DNA of 64,000 nucleotides from positions 16,120,001 through 16,184,000 of the forward strand of contig OZ024741.1 of assembly GCA_964016885.1 (NCBI GenBank), read 5' to 3'. Made by a program: the position numbers and the translations under genes. The notes under the pieces are model-generated. The model was given only the letters and a program-made list of their open reading frames with translations. It had not been told where the DNA came from and searched no databases. Every line of letters begins with the position of its first letter. The stretch's first letter is position 1. The stretch comes from Eledone cirrhosa. Its lineage: Eukaryota. Shown one piece after another: positions 14,480-30,839 of the stretch.

Positions 14480-14990
14480 AAATTGATGATGTTGATGGTG
14501 ATGATAATGATGATGTTGGGGATGGTGATGGTGAAGATGATGGTGATGGTGGTGATGATGGTGATGTTGATGGTGATGATAATGATGATGTTGGGGATGG
14601 TGATGGTGAAGATGATGGTGATGGTGGTGATGATGGTGATGTTGATGGTGATGATAATGATGATGCTGGTGATGGTGATGGTGGTGATGATGGTGAAGAT
14701 GATGGTGATGGTGGTGATGATGGTGATGTTGATGGTGATGGTGGTGATGATGGTGATGTTGATGGTGATGATAACGATGATGTTGGTGATGGTGATAGTG
14801 GTGGTGGTGATGGTGGTGATGATTATGGTGATCATGATGGTGACGTTGATGATGATGGTGATGATGATGGTGATGTTGAGGGTGATGGTGATGTTGAGGG
14901 TGATGATGGTGATGATGATGGTGAAGAGGGTGATGATTGTAATGATGGTGATGATGGTGACGGTGAAGATGATGATGATGATGTGGTTAT
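14480..14990. repeat. (GAT/GGT)n trinucleotide-derived low-complexity array
   Basis: Read directly. Confidence 0.9.
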
Positions 14991-15009
14991 AGTTGTTATT
15001 GTTGTTTTT

Positions 15010-15195
15010 GGTGATAATAATTGTTTCTAGTTTAGGCACAAGGCCAGCAAATACCCCAGTACATTACTGGTACTTTATTTTATCGACCCCGTAAGGATGA
15101 AAGGCAAAGTTAACCTCGACGGGATTTGAACACTGAATGGCAAGGGCCGTAACTCTATGCGTCAAAGCCTGGTTAATAATAAGGATTGGTGGTGT
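15010..15195 (-). mobile_element. tRNA-derived SINE (main family)
   Basis: Contains GGTACTTTATTTTATCGACCCCGTAAGGATGAAAGGCAAAGTTAACCTCG and GGATTTGAAC. Confidence 0.8.
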
Positions 15196-15958
15196 TAGTG
15201 GGATGGTGGGATGGTGATGGTGGCGGTGTGGTGGTGGTGGTAGTGGGATGGTGGGGTGGTGATGGTAGTGGGATGGTGGGGTGGTGATGGTGGTGATGGT
15301 AGTGGGATGGTGGGGGTGGTGATGGGGGGGGGTGATGGTAGTGGGATGGGGGGGGTGATGGTAGTGGGATGGGGGGGTGGTGATGGTGGCGGTGTGGTGG
15401 TGATGGTAGTGGGATGGTGGGGTGGTGATGGTAGTGGGATGGTGGGGTGGTGATGGTAGTGGGATGGTGGGGTGGTGATGGTGGCGGTGTGGTGGTGATG
15501 GTAGTGGGATGGTGGGGTGGTGATGGTGGTGGAATGGTGGGGTGGTGATGGTGGTGATGGTAGTGGGATGTTGGGGTGGTGATGGTAGTGGGATGGTGGG
15601 GTGGTGATGGTGGTGATGGTAGTGGGATGGTGGGGTGGTGATGGTGGTGATGGTAGTGGGATGGTGGGGTGGTGATGGTGGTGATGGTAGTGGGATATTG
15701 GGGTGGTGATGGTAGTGGGATGGTGGGGTGGTGATGGTAGTGGGATGGTGGGGTGGTGATGGTGGCGGTATGGTGGTGATGGTAGTGGGATGGTGGGCTG
15801 GTGATGGTGGCGGTGTGGTGGTGATGGTAGTGGGATGGTGGGGTGGTGATGGTGGCGGTGTGGTGGTGATGGTAGTGGGATGGTGGGGTGGTGATGGTGG
15901 GGTGTGGTGGTGATGGTAGTGGGATGGTGGGCTGGTGATGGTGGCGGTGTGGTGGTGA
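15196..15958. repeat. G-rich minisatellite, core GGTGGTGATGGTAGTGGGATGGTGG
   Basis: Irregular 27-45 bp units read directly. Confidence 0.9.
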
Positions 15959-16409
15959 TCTTGTTGCTGTCGCTGTTCATGATGATATTGCTGTCATTGT
16001 CATTGATGTTGTTGCTGTTGTCGTTGGTGTTTTCTTGTTGTTCATTCTCTTATTTATGTTGTTGTTGTCATTTTTGTATCATTGTTTTCTGTTTGTGATG
16101 GGAAATTAAATCAATGCCTTTTTTTATTTCGAATGGACTGTGGAACATTACATACATATATATACATATATACATATATATATACATATATGCATATATA
16201 TATATATATATTTATTCAGGTTTGAGGTTCACCACTGTATAGAGCTGGTCAATTCCGTATGGTCAATCGTAATGTAATAATATAGAGAGTACTCAACGTA
16301 AAGCAGTTCAACCGTCTTTGTTTTTGTAGTTGGTGGTGCTAGTACGGAGTTAAATATTATAATGAAATGGCAGGAGGCTGGACTGGTGTAAATCCTTGAA
16401 AGGTTTATT

Positions 16410-16467
16410 ATACTATGATCATTTCAATGACCGGGTTCCGTATGAATCCGGTGATATCATCAGGTAT
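16410..16467 (-). ncRNA. Hammerhead-like motif in the left inverted repeat
   Basis: Reverse complement of 18359-18416. Confidence 0.6.
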
Positions 16468-18358
16468 TCGAAATATAATAAGTGAATGTAATGGATAAAA
16501 TTCATGGGGCTGAAAATCAAAGATCCGAGGACGACCGCCATCCAGCATCTTCCACCTTTGCCGGTCGCCCTCAAGTGACGTGGCTAAAGCTTACAGTGTG
16601 CTACTACCGGTCTGGTTTATTTATATATTTATACCTTTGCTTTATTAATGTGCTTTTCCACGTATTCTACTTCTATGTGTCCAAGTATTTCTACTCCTCT
16701 TATTGGGACTTTTACTCACTTGTACCCATTAGCACACGAAACTAGAATGTCTCCCCCTGAGAACAAAAATAAATATTACCCGACTATACCCCTTACTCTA
16801 CATCCCACTAGGATAACTTATAGAGGATCTATATAATACAATTAACGTTTCTTCATAAAAGACTCTCTTTAACTAAACCCCGCAACCCAAAAGCTTAAAA
16901 AAGTGTTTTAAATGTTTAATTTTCAATTTTCCTATTTGTTCAATTCTCAATCTTCTTACTCTTTAATTTTATAATGTTATTCTGAATTCTTTCAACTTCA
17001 TCCTATAAATCTAAACAATATTTTAACGTTCCAACTTTCTGTCGGACTGTTTGGTTGGTTTTCCTGGCGGCGGGACCGGCCCCCTGGCGCATAGCCCTAC
17101 CTTGAGTACTTGGAAAAATAAATTTCCCCTTCTTTCGGTAAATGAAACTACTCGGAGTGGCTTGATTCGCCCCAGGGGCCCGGCGCGCAGCCGGTTTTTT
17201 TACCGCCATATAGTACCTTTAAATTACAGATCAAATCAGAACTATTAGACGTATCACGCCTCCCTCTACTTAAGCAAATCCCCATCCTGGGTAAAGGAAT
17301 AGTACTGGTTTTGTACAAGGATGGCCTAACGATGCGAGCTGACTTCCTGCTGGTGCACCTGAAGCCTGTTATACATTCCTCGAGTGCTCGGAAAAATCGA
17401 TTTCCATATCTTTCGCTAGGCGATATCACTCGGAGTGATGGGCTGCCCAAGCTTGTAGTCGCCGCATGCTGTTTGACGGCTAAACAAAGACATAATCTTT
17501 ACTCTATAATAAAATTTAAGTGTCTTCATAAAAGACTCTTTCTTTGCTTAAACCTCGCAACCTTAAAAATGTTAAACTGTTTAACTTTCAATATTCTAAT
17601 TTCTTTAATTTTATAATGTTAATATTAAATATTAATTTTTTAACTTCATCCTATAAGTCTAAACAAAATTGTAACGTTCCAATCTTCTGCTCACACATTA
17701 TAACATACTGACCCCCACTATATTTACCTCTGCTAAGATACGGGTCCCTGTGAACATTTTTTCGCGCCACTCCTGGCCTGACTGTAGTCTGACATTAATA
17801 TCGGCCTTTCTTCCTCTTTCTTTCTATCTTTCTTCTTGTAGCCATCAACCCTGACTTTTCTTCTTCTTCCTTTTCTTCCTTCTCTTCTCCCTTCTTTCTG
17901 TCTTTCTCCTTGTGGCATGATATTAACGCTGACTTTCCTCCCCCTTTTTGTTTGCCTATATTTGACCGGTAGTAGTTGTTAAGATACGGGTCCCTTAGAA
18001 TAAATTTTTTTCGCGACATTCCTGGCCTGACTGTAATACCGACCTTTCCTCCTCTTTCTTTCTGTCTTTCTTCTTATAGCTGACATTAACCCTAACTTCT
18101 CTTCTTCTTCCTTTTCTTCCTTCCCCCTTCTTCTCTCTTCTTTCTTTCTTTTTTCTTGTGGCATGATATTAACGCTGACTTATGTTCCTATTCCTTTCTG
18201 TTTTCCTTTATTTGACCGGTAGTAGCACACTGTAAGCTTTAGCCACGTCACTTGAGGGCGACCGGCAAAGGTGGAAGATGCTGGATGGCGGTCGTCCTCG
18301 GATCTTTGATTTTCAGCCCCACGGATTTTATCCATTACATTCACTTATTATATTTCGA

Positions 18359-18416
18359 ATACCTGATGATATCACCGGATTCATACGGAACCCGGTCATT
18401 GAAATGATCATAGTAT
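18359..18416 (+). ncRNA. Hammerhead-like motif in the right inverted repeat
   Basis: ATAC-CTGATGA-TATCACCGG...CCGGTCATT-GAAA-TGATCA-TA-GTAT. Palindromic stem III, imperfect base of stem II. Confidence 0.6.
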
Positions 18417-18481
18417 AATAAACCTTTCAAGGATTTACACAAGTCCAGCCTCCTGTCATTTCATTATAATTATATATATAT

Positions 18482-19222
18482 TAAAATCCAAAAACAAACT
18501 ACTTAACGATAGAATTGAACGATCATTATACTGCAACCACAAACTAAAAGCTAAATTCTCTCACTATAAAATAACTTAACATTCGAACCCGTAACTATAA
18601 CATCGCTTTCTAGCTAACCACCTTCTCTTCCCCACACTACAAGACAATACACTGCTTATCACTATAAATGGTAACTCAGTGCAATTCATAGATTACTACT
18701 ACAAACCCAGAGTTCACTCACCACATAAACTTAGTCTGTCCCCTCTCTACCTCTCTCTCTACATCCATTACACTCTCTCTCTCTCGCCTTTGGCCTACCT
18801 CCCTCTCCACATCTATGAACCTGCCCTCTGGGGCAATAAATAATTCCGACCTTAACTATCTCTCCAAAAGTAACCAGTATAATAAAACCCCTACCATAAC
18901 ATTTTGATTAAGATATCTACAAACCACTCTCTCCTATTTCTCCAACCCCTGCATATCTTTCTCTCTCTCTCTCCCCCCTACTTTTCTCTCTTCCTTTTCT
19001 ACTCTATCTTCCCCAACAACCCCACTTAAGGGTATTTACATTGTACATTTTACCATTCTGCTCTGAGGATACAGTGGTCACAGCATTGGATATTTGAGTT
19101 CTGCAAATACTTGTAAATTTGCACATAGCATAACTAGGCTGTATAACCACCTTGGAAACATTTGTAAGCACACGGAATAAATTACCTTTTTTGATGTCTG
19201 CCTGTTATTATTCATTCTTATA
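18482..19222 (+). mobile_element. 5'-truncated Penelope-like element (GIY-YIG tail, 3' UTR, pLTR)
   Basis: About 18493-18561 reads NKLLNDRIERSLYCNHKLKAKFS, resembling the PLE C-terminal LLNxRxE...CxHxxK motif. Hammerhead motif downstream; (TA)n flanks. Confidence 0.6.
19059..19170 (+). ncRNA. Hammerhead motif with a long (about 85 nt) stem-II domain
   Basis: TGCT-CTGAGGA-[GTGGT/ACCAC, ACAGC/GCTGT, inner TGCAAAT/ATTTGCA]-GAAA-CATTTG-TA-AGCA. Confidence 0.6.
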
Positions 19223-19310
<88 letters not shown>

Positions 19311-19447
19311 ATACTTTGGGAGGGTCATGTTGCCAATAAGAAACACACGCACCAGTTGCTTTCACTTCAATTTATTATAATAAATTTATAAATTTATAAA
19401 TTTCTGGTTGGTTGGTTGGTTCCGCAACCAGATAGTTGTTTATATAT

Positions 19448-19492
19448 AGTCATAGTTCTTTCGTCACACACTCTGTGACCTCTTCAGTGACT
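19448..19492 (-). ncRNA. Hammerhead motif in the inverted 5' pLTR
   Basis: Exact reverse complement of 22056-22100. Confidence 0.7.
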
Positions 19493-19707
19493 GGGGATTC
19501 CTGCCTTTGTTTCTAAATTTGAACATATGTTCCTTAAGGGTTAGTTTTATGCTGGCCCCTACCGCATGTGCAATCATTTTCTTCAGTTCATCGTGGTTTT
19601 CGGGTGTCCGTATGGCTCTGGTCCACCCGTTCCATCTATCTGTGTGGGTTTTCTTGGCCATTGAGGTAATGGTAGGTGGTCTGCCTCTTGCTGGTCTGCC
19701 TCTTGCT

Positions 19708-21855
19708 AGCTCCACAGACTCACGTAATGGAGAGATAGCATGCTTTCCAACAGACAAGTCTGGCAGAATGTCGGTTGACAGCCTGCCAAACTACATCCAG
19801 GCAATGCAACCCCACATCACTAACACAAGAGAGGTAACACCACAGGAGCATGAGGATAGAGAAAAAGCCCTCAATGCCCATATGGTGATGTCGACGAATA
19901 TAATGCAGCCCAACAAAAGGACTGCCAACAACTTCCAGGCCTGGAACAATGACGTGCCGGCGTTGTATGGGCTTCGAAAAGACCATAAAACGGGCTGTGA
20001 CCCTGTCGCGGGACCACCAACACGGCCAGTCTGTGGAGCTAACATTGCTAGTAACTACAGACTGTCCTACTTCCTCTCCCTGATCATACGCCCCATCATT
20101 GAAATGTCCCCAGATGTATGTGACAGCACGGAGGACCTCCTCAGCAGAATCGGCGTGAGTAACCGATCTAGGGACTTAACAAACTGCATAATAGGCAGTA
20201 TGGATGTTGTGTCCCTGTATCCATCTATTGACGTGGATTTTGCTGTGGAGAAATGCGTAGAAATGATCAGTGAGAGCAAGGTTGAGTTCCGTGGGATTGA
20301 TACCAGTGAGCTGGGACTCCTACTTAAGCTTACCTATAGTAATAATTACCTAGACACATATGACCTTAGCAACCTGTGCCCTACAAGACCAGCAAGAGGC
20401 AGACCACCTACCATTACCTCAATGGCCAAGAAAACCCACACAGATAGATGGAACGGGTGGACCAGAGCCATACGGACACCCGAAAACCACGATGAACTGA
20501 AGAAAATGATTGCACATGCGGTAGGGGCCAGCATAAAACTAACCCTTAAGGAACATATGTTCAAATTTAATGGAAAAACATATGCCAAAGAGGAAGGAGC
20601 AGCCATTGGTGTTAGCATTGCAGGCGACATAGCTAACTTATTCATGGTATGGTGGGACAGTAGACTTAAACTTAAACTTAAAGAACAATTAGAAGACCCC
20701 TTAACCCTGATAACGTACTCCCGCTACGTAGATGATATAAACATCGTAGTTAAGACACCCCCACTAGAGAACAGTCAGGAACTAGAGAAAAACACAATGG
20801 AAAGCATCCAGCAAATAGCAAACTCCATCCACCAGAGCATTAGAGTTACTATAGACTACCCAAGTAAACACGCCAACCATCGATTACCTGTACTAGACAC
20901 AGAGCTCTGGTTAGATACCATTAACAACAAAAAACAAATCCTCCATTCCCATTATGCCAAACCCATGACTTCCAAACATCTGATCCACCGAAACTCGGCC
21001 GTTTCGGACCATACCAAAATCAACATACTGATTGCGGATTTGGTACGGGTGATGAGAAATGTGTCCCGCATGTGCAACCCCGAAGAACTAGAGAGACACA
21101 TACAACACTTCACCCACCGTATGCAGTTCTCTGGCTACAATCAGAGAGATAAAATCAGAGTGTATAGAGGAGCCAGAACCAAATGGGAAAAAATGGTAAA
21201 TAATGACATAAATGGGACCTGCCCCTTGTATAGGAGCAAATTTGGGAATAGAATAGAAAGAACTAGGAACAAGGCTAATAGAATAAACTCATGGTATGAT
21301 AGCAATAAATACCAGAGTGTAATGTTCATCGATACAACCCCTAGAGGTGAATTAGCTTACAAATTTAGAAGGGCCCTAAATAAACATAAACTCAATATTA
21401 AGATAGTAGAAAGACCAGGTACCTCCGTAAAAACACTTATTAGCAAGACATACCCTTTTCAAAGACCCTCATGTATAGATAAGAAATGTATAACCTGTAA
21501 AATAAGCCCCCATATTAACTGTAAAACTAGAAATGTAGTGTATAGCATAAGATGTACTGAAGGACAATGTAGAGACAAAAATATAGTGTACATAGGTGAG
21601 ACAGCTCGTAGTGTAGGGTAACGGATAAATGAACACTGGCGAGACCTTCAAGATAATAAAGAATCATCTGTACTCTACCAACATGCTAAAATAGAACACA
21701 AGGGTAAATTAGAGAACATAGAAATAAAAATAGAATCTACACACAGAAAAGACGCAATGTTTAGACAAATTACAGAGGCAATAAACATAAAAGAATTACA
21801 ACCAAAATTAAATAGAAAATATGAGTGGAACCGCAACATCACAACTTACAATTAA
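19708..21855 (+). pseudogene. PLE reverse transcriptase-GIY-YIG endonuclease polyprotein, N-truncated, one in-frame stop
   Basis: Motifs PTDKSG, LYGLRKDHK, RPVC, SMDVVSLYPSI, GAAIG, RYVDD, LPVLD, CxxxxCxxC, NVVYSIRC...YIGETARS. After the TAA at 21619-21621 the same frame continues (RINEH...RQITEAINI...LNRKYEW) to a TAA at 21853-21855. The first ~67 aa of the listed ORF 19507-21621 come from inverted DNA. Confidence 0.93.
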
Positions 21856-22055
21856 GGACAAAATGAAAACACACACACACATAGAACAAACAACCAACCA
21901 GTAACATGTAAATAAACAAATAAATAAATGAACATAAACACACACAGACACCCGGATGTGGCGCATGCGCAGACTGAGCACACAACACACACACAGAAAC
22001 AAAATGGCGTAGGACAGAACAAAGGAGAGGCACAGAAACAAAGACAGGAATCCCC

Positions 22056-22100
22056 AGTCACTGAAGAGGTCACAGAGTGTGTGACGAAAGAACTATGACT
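22056..22100 (+). ncRNA. Hammerhead motif in the 3' pLTR
   Basis: AGTCA-CTGAAGA-G-GTCACA-GAGTG-TGTGAC-GAAA-GAAC-TA-TGACT: 5-bp stem I, 6-bp stem II, minimal stem III, CUA site. Confidence 0.75.
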
Positions 22101-22291
22101 ATATATAAACAACTATCTGGTTGTGGAACCAACCAACCAACCAGAAATTTATAAATTTATTATAATAAATTGAAGTGAAAGCAACTGTGCGTGTGTTTTG
22201 TTATTGGCAACGTGACCCTCCCAAAGTATAACAATATCGGTTTCAACACACGATTTCAGATAAAGAATCTTGCTAAACAAATTCAGAAACG

Positions 22292-22418
<127 letters not shown>

Positions 22419-22481
22419 ACCAGTAATGGTTGCATTCTTTAAGGGTATGTCAATATTTATTTATAAAACTGCTCTATATTA

Positions 22482-22546
22482 TATTTTATCTGATGAAAGC
22501 ACACCATAATTTAACTTGGTGTCCTTGAAATATGTATAATGAAATA
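22482..22546 (+). ncRNA. Type I minimal hammerhead motif, paralogue of 2668-2728
   Basis: TATTTTAT-CTGATGA-AAG(C)ACACC...GGTGT(C)CTT-GAAA-TATGTA-TA-ATGAAATA. Confidence 0.75.
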
Positions 22547-22774
22547 AATATGGTTTTATAAATATAGTTTCCATTTGTTAATATCGTTATATATATATAA
22601 GATACAGAAATTAACTTTGTTTACAAACAGCGGAGGATTTGAAAATTAGATAGTGAAATAAAGCTTCCGCCGTTATAAAAACTCACAGAATGGAAAAAGG
22701 ATGAGCATTGATGTACATGGAACACGAACCCACGGGTTTTATAACTCCAACTATTAGGTTAAATTACTTTCGAT

Positions 22775-22893
22775 GAAACGGCTTGAGCTCTGCCGTCGGG
22801 GTATAACATTTTCCTATTACCCACTCTACTATCCTAAGTATTGAGTACTCTGGTGCGTTATGGTCCATCTGGTTCCTTACCACACCTCCTTCG

Positions 22894-22897
<4 letters not shown>
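22775..22897 (+). mobile_element. Forward copy of the dispersed pLTR-like family
   Basis: Matches 8347-8470 and 31380-31500. Confidence 0.75.
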
Positions 22898-22932
<35 letters not shown>

Positions 22933-23247
22933 GTAATAATAATAAATGTGACGACTATAATCCAAAGAGGGCACGATAAGTATAAATATATATCAAATAT
23001 ATAAGAACCCTAGAGCAAATATATATTAAAATAACATTAAATTTTAAGCAAAGAATCGCTGCTTTCACCCTTAACGGGATCTTCTGAAACTAAAAAAATC
23101 AATATATACATATATATACATATATGTACATATACATATGTTATATATAATATATATATATACACATATATATATGCATATATATACATATATATACACA
23201 CACATATATATATGTTATATACATACATATATATACATAAATAAATG

Positions 23248-23371
<124 letters not shown>

Positions 23372-23571
23372 ATATCATCTATTTAAGTTCATACCCGGTA
23401 CACATACGTTTCAGGACCCAATATTGACCACAACTCTAGAATACAAGGAGGAGGAAAATTGTTTTATATACGACTTCATAATATAATATTTCTGCTGTCT
23501 TCCCGATAGAACACTGTTTTATTTTGGCATTTCTCGCACCTACGGATATTGTTACGTATACAGGTATATAA

Positions 23572-23713
23572 GGACGGTGAATTGGCAGTATCGGTAGAGG
23601 GGCGGACGACATTCTTTGCAGCATAGAGTTACCGCCTTTTATGATCTGAGTTCAAATCCCACCGAGGTTAGCTTTGCCTTTCATCCTTACGGGGTCAATA
23701 AAATAAAGTACCA
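23572..23713 (+). mobile_element. tRNA-derived SINE (main family), 3'-truncated
   Basis: A box TGGCAGTATCGG, B box GAGTTCAAATCC, central GCCTTTCATCCTTACGGGGTC domain. Confidence 0.85.
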
Positions 23714-23721
23714 AAAAAAGA

Positions 23722-23865
23722 GAAGGTGCATGGCTTAGTGGTTCGAGCATTGGGCTTGCAATCGAAAGGTTGTGAGTTCAATTCTCAGACCGGGTGATGT
23801 GTTGTTTCCTTGAGCAAGACACTTTATTTCACGTTACTCCAGTTTACTCAGCTGTAGAAATGAGA
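23722..23865 (+). mobile_element. Second tRNA-derived SINE family with a CORE-like domain
   Basis: A box TGGCTTAGTGG, B-box-like GAGTTCAATTC, then CCTTGAGCAAGACACTT ... CTCAGCTGTAGAAATG, similar to the CORE-SINE pattern. Confidence 0.7.
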
Positions 23866-23948
23866 TGATAGGACTGGGGTCCCTATCATTAAATTACCCA
23901 AAACACCTCCAACGAGATATACCTTGGAGGAGGCCAGCTAAACCTGCA

Positions 23949-25070
23949 TATAGGTGTGAGCTGTCACAACAACATATACATACATACACACACACACACA
24001 TAGGTGTGAGCTGTCACAACAACATATACATACATACACACACACATAGGTGTGAGCTGTCACAACAACATATACATACATACACACACACATAGGTGTG
24101 AGCTGTCACAACAACATATACATACATACACACACACACACATAGGTGTGAGCTGTCACAACAACATATACATACATACACACACACACACATAGGTGTG
24201 AGCTGTCACAACAACATATACATACATACACACACACATAGGTGTGAGCTGTCACAACAACATATACATACATACACACACACATAGGTGTGAGCTGTCA
24301 CAACAGCATATACATACATACACACACACATAGGTGTGAGCTGTCACAACAACATATACATACATACACACACACATGGGTGTGAGCTGTCACAACAACA
24401 TATACATACACACACACACATAGGTGTGAGCTGTCACAACAACATATACATACATACACACACACATGGGTGTGAGCTGTCACAACAACATATACATACA
24501 CACACACACATAGGTGTGAGCTGTCACAACAACATATACATACATACACACACACACACATAGGTGTGAGCTGTCACAACAACATATACATACATACACA
24601 CACACACACACATAGGTGTGAGCTGTCACAACAACATATACATACATACACACACACATAGGTGTGAGCTGTCACAACAACATATACATACATACACACA
24701 CACATAGGTGTGAGCTGTCACAACAACATATACATACATACACACACACATAGGTGTGAGCTGTCACAACAACATATACATACATGCACACACACACACA
24801 TAGGTGTGAGCTGTCACAACAACATATACATACATACACACACACATAGGTGTGAGCTGTCACAACAACATATACATACATACACACACACATAGGTGTG
24901 AGCTGTCACAACAACATATACATACATGCACACACACACACATAGGTGTGAGCTGTCACAACAACATATACATACATACACACACACACACATAGGTGTG
25001 AGCTGTCACAACAACATATACATACACACACACACACACATAGGTGTGAGCTGTCACAACAACATATACA
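23949..25070 (+). repeat. Minisatellite of about 44-52 bp, about 24 units
   Basis: Constant TAGGTGTGAGCTGTCACAACAACATATACATACA followed by a variable (CA)n. Confidence 0.95.
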
Positions 25071-25183
25071 TGTATGTATATACTGTATATATATACATGT
25101 TGTTACAGATCACACCTGTAACAACAACATGTGTATATATTATATATATATATATATATTATATATATATATATATATAATAT

Positions 25184-25215
<32 letters not shown>

Positions 25216-25258
25216 CTATATATATATATATATATTATATATATATATATTATATATA

Positions 25259-26050
<792 letters not shown>

Positions 26051-26082
26051 ATACATACATATATAGAGAGATAGAGAGATAA

Positions 26083-26788
26083 ATTTCTTTATTAGCCGCA
26101 AGGCCACAAAAGAAGGGGACAAATACAAATAGGGAGTTTACATACAGGTATATGAAAATAAAACTATTAATACAATAACAAATAACGATTGAAATCCCCA
26201 ATAGGGGGGAGGTGTTACACAGGGGTTGTACACACCCCGAAAAAATGTACAACCCTCATCTCCAGGAGCACCAAGAGTGAGTACTCCCTTCCTCTCTTCC
26301 TCTTGAGATAGATATGTTTCTTTTATTTGCCACTAGGGCATCAAAAGTGGGACAAGTACAAAGGGGGGAGTTTACACAAAAAGGCGTCCTCAATAAGGAG
26401 GAGGCAATAACAAAATATAAAAATAAAATAAGATATAACAAAAAATAAAATTTTTAACAAAATCCTCAATAGAGAGGAGGCGCCTTGGGGGGTCGCACAC
26501 ACCCCCGAAAAAAGTGTGCAACCCTTCTCCTCAGGAGCACAGAGAAGGGGTGCTCCCTTGGTCTTTCATCTTCCTCACCTATAGTCTGATGTAGAGTGAA
26601 GGCCCATTCACACGGGCCATTCTCGCCACTTTCACCCATCTTTCATAGAAACGGCTGGGGTGCAGCACCTCTCTCTCCATCCTGATCCTTCTTCCGAAAT
26701 GATATCGGAAGAAACGGACCAGTTGTTGGCCAGAGAGAAAGGTGCCCGACCTCAGTCCTTTCAGACGCGTCCACCATACAACCTCTTG
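26083..26788 (-). mobile_element. Two adjacent 3' fragments of an L1/Tx1-type LINE
   Basis: Peptide 'QEVVWWTRLKGLRSGTFLSGQQLVRFFRYHFGRRIRMEREVL...RVNGP' is homologous to 37124-37735. Two 3' ends (poly-A-signal-like AATAAA on the minus strand) near 26083 and 26315. Bounded by (GATA)n. Confidence 0.8.
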
Positions 26789-26915
<127 letters not shown>

Positions 26916-27271
26916 GATTTACTTCGTTGTGTTGCCTCCTCAAAATGAAGTTGATATACACCAATATGGCTAGAGCAGGACCTTACCACCTCGACACAGC
27001 CACCAGAGACTGCAATGGTGCGAGAGATGGAAGGATTATTACTACTTCTACCCATACAACATATAGTTCGCTGTTAAAACACATTTATCAGGAGGGAATG
27101 AAGGATTGAAGAAGCATGTATTTTTTACACTGATAGTTTAGCCATTTATAAGTCTATATCACAATTCTTATTTTAAACCACTTTACTCTACTAATACAAA
27201 CTCAATGGCGGAGATTTAGAATAAATAATTTATTTGGGAGCCGGCTCAATGAATTGTATTATACTTATATG

Positions 27272-30590
<3,319 letters not shown>

Positions 30591-30839
30591 GGTAGATTTG
30601 CCAAGCGTCGTTGATGTTGTTTATTCCGTCTAACATTTATCAAAAATAATTGTAAGATTTACTTACAATAAAATTCAATTGGAAATATATAGTGTACGTA
30701 AATAACAGTCAAATCAGATTCATTTATATCGATCATAAATGATTCATGAAATCGATAGTTCTGCATAATAATTTATGTTTTGTTATTGTAAATTATTTCA
30801 AAGAATTGCTCCATACATTTGACACCTCTTACTCGCAAA

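Larger units (their letters stand above)
16210..18470 (-). mobile_element. Non-autonomous element with 257-bp inverted, hammerhead-bearing termini
   Basis: 16356-16612 is the reverse complement of 18214-18470 with few mismatches. Internal duplicates about 16850-17040 versus 17520-17690 and about 17735-17975 versus 17978-18225. No recognisable RT. (TA)n flanks. Confidence 0.75.

Noticed and set aside
14458-16098. Met/Val-, Ile/Thr- and His/Pro-rich ORFs
   Set aside because: Trinucleotide-derived repeats open in several frames, with no domain or splice evidence.
19507-19707. Hydrophobic N-terminus of the 704-aa ORF as a signal or transmembrane region
   Set aside because: It is an antisense copy of internal RT sequence from an inversion, not an evolved domain.
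23050-23095. Hammerhead-like CAGAAGA-TCCC/GGGT-GAAA on the minus strand
   Set aside because: Altered core, 3-bp stem II, and no convincing NUH or stem I; at best a decayed remnant.
23722-23795. Possible tRNA gene
   Set aside because: A and B boxes are present, but it runs into a CORE-like SINE body and I could not form a proper acceptor stem.
23949-25070. CRISPR-like repeat-spacer appearance
   Set aside because: The spacers are only (CA)n length variants, there are no cas genes, and the context is eukaryotic.
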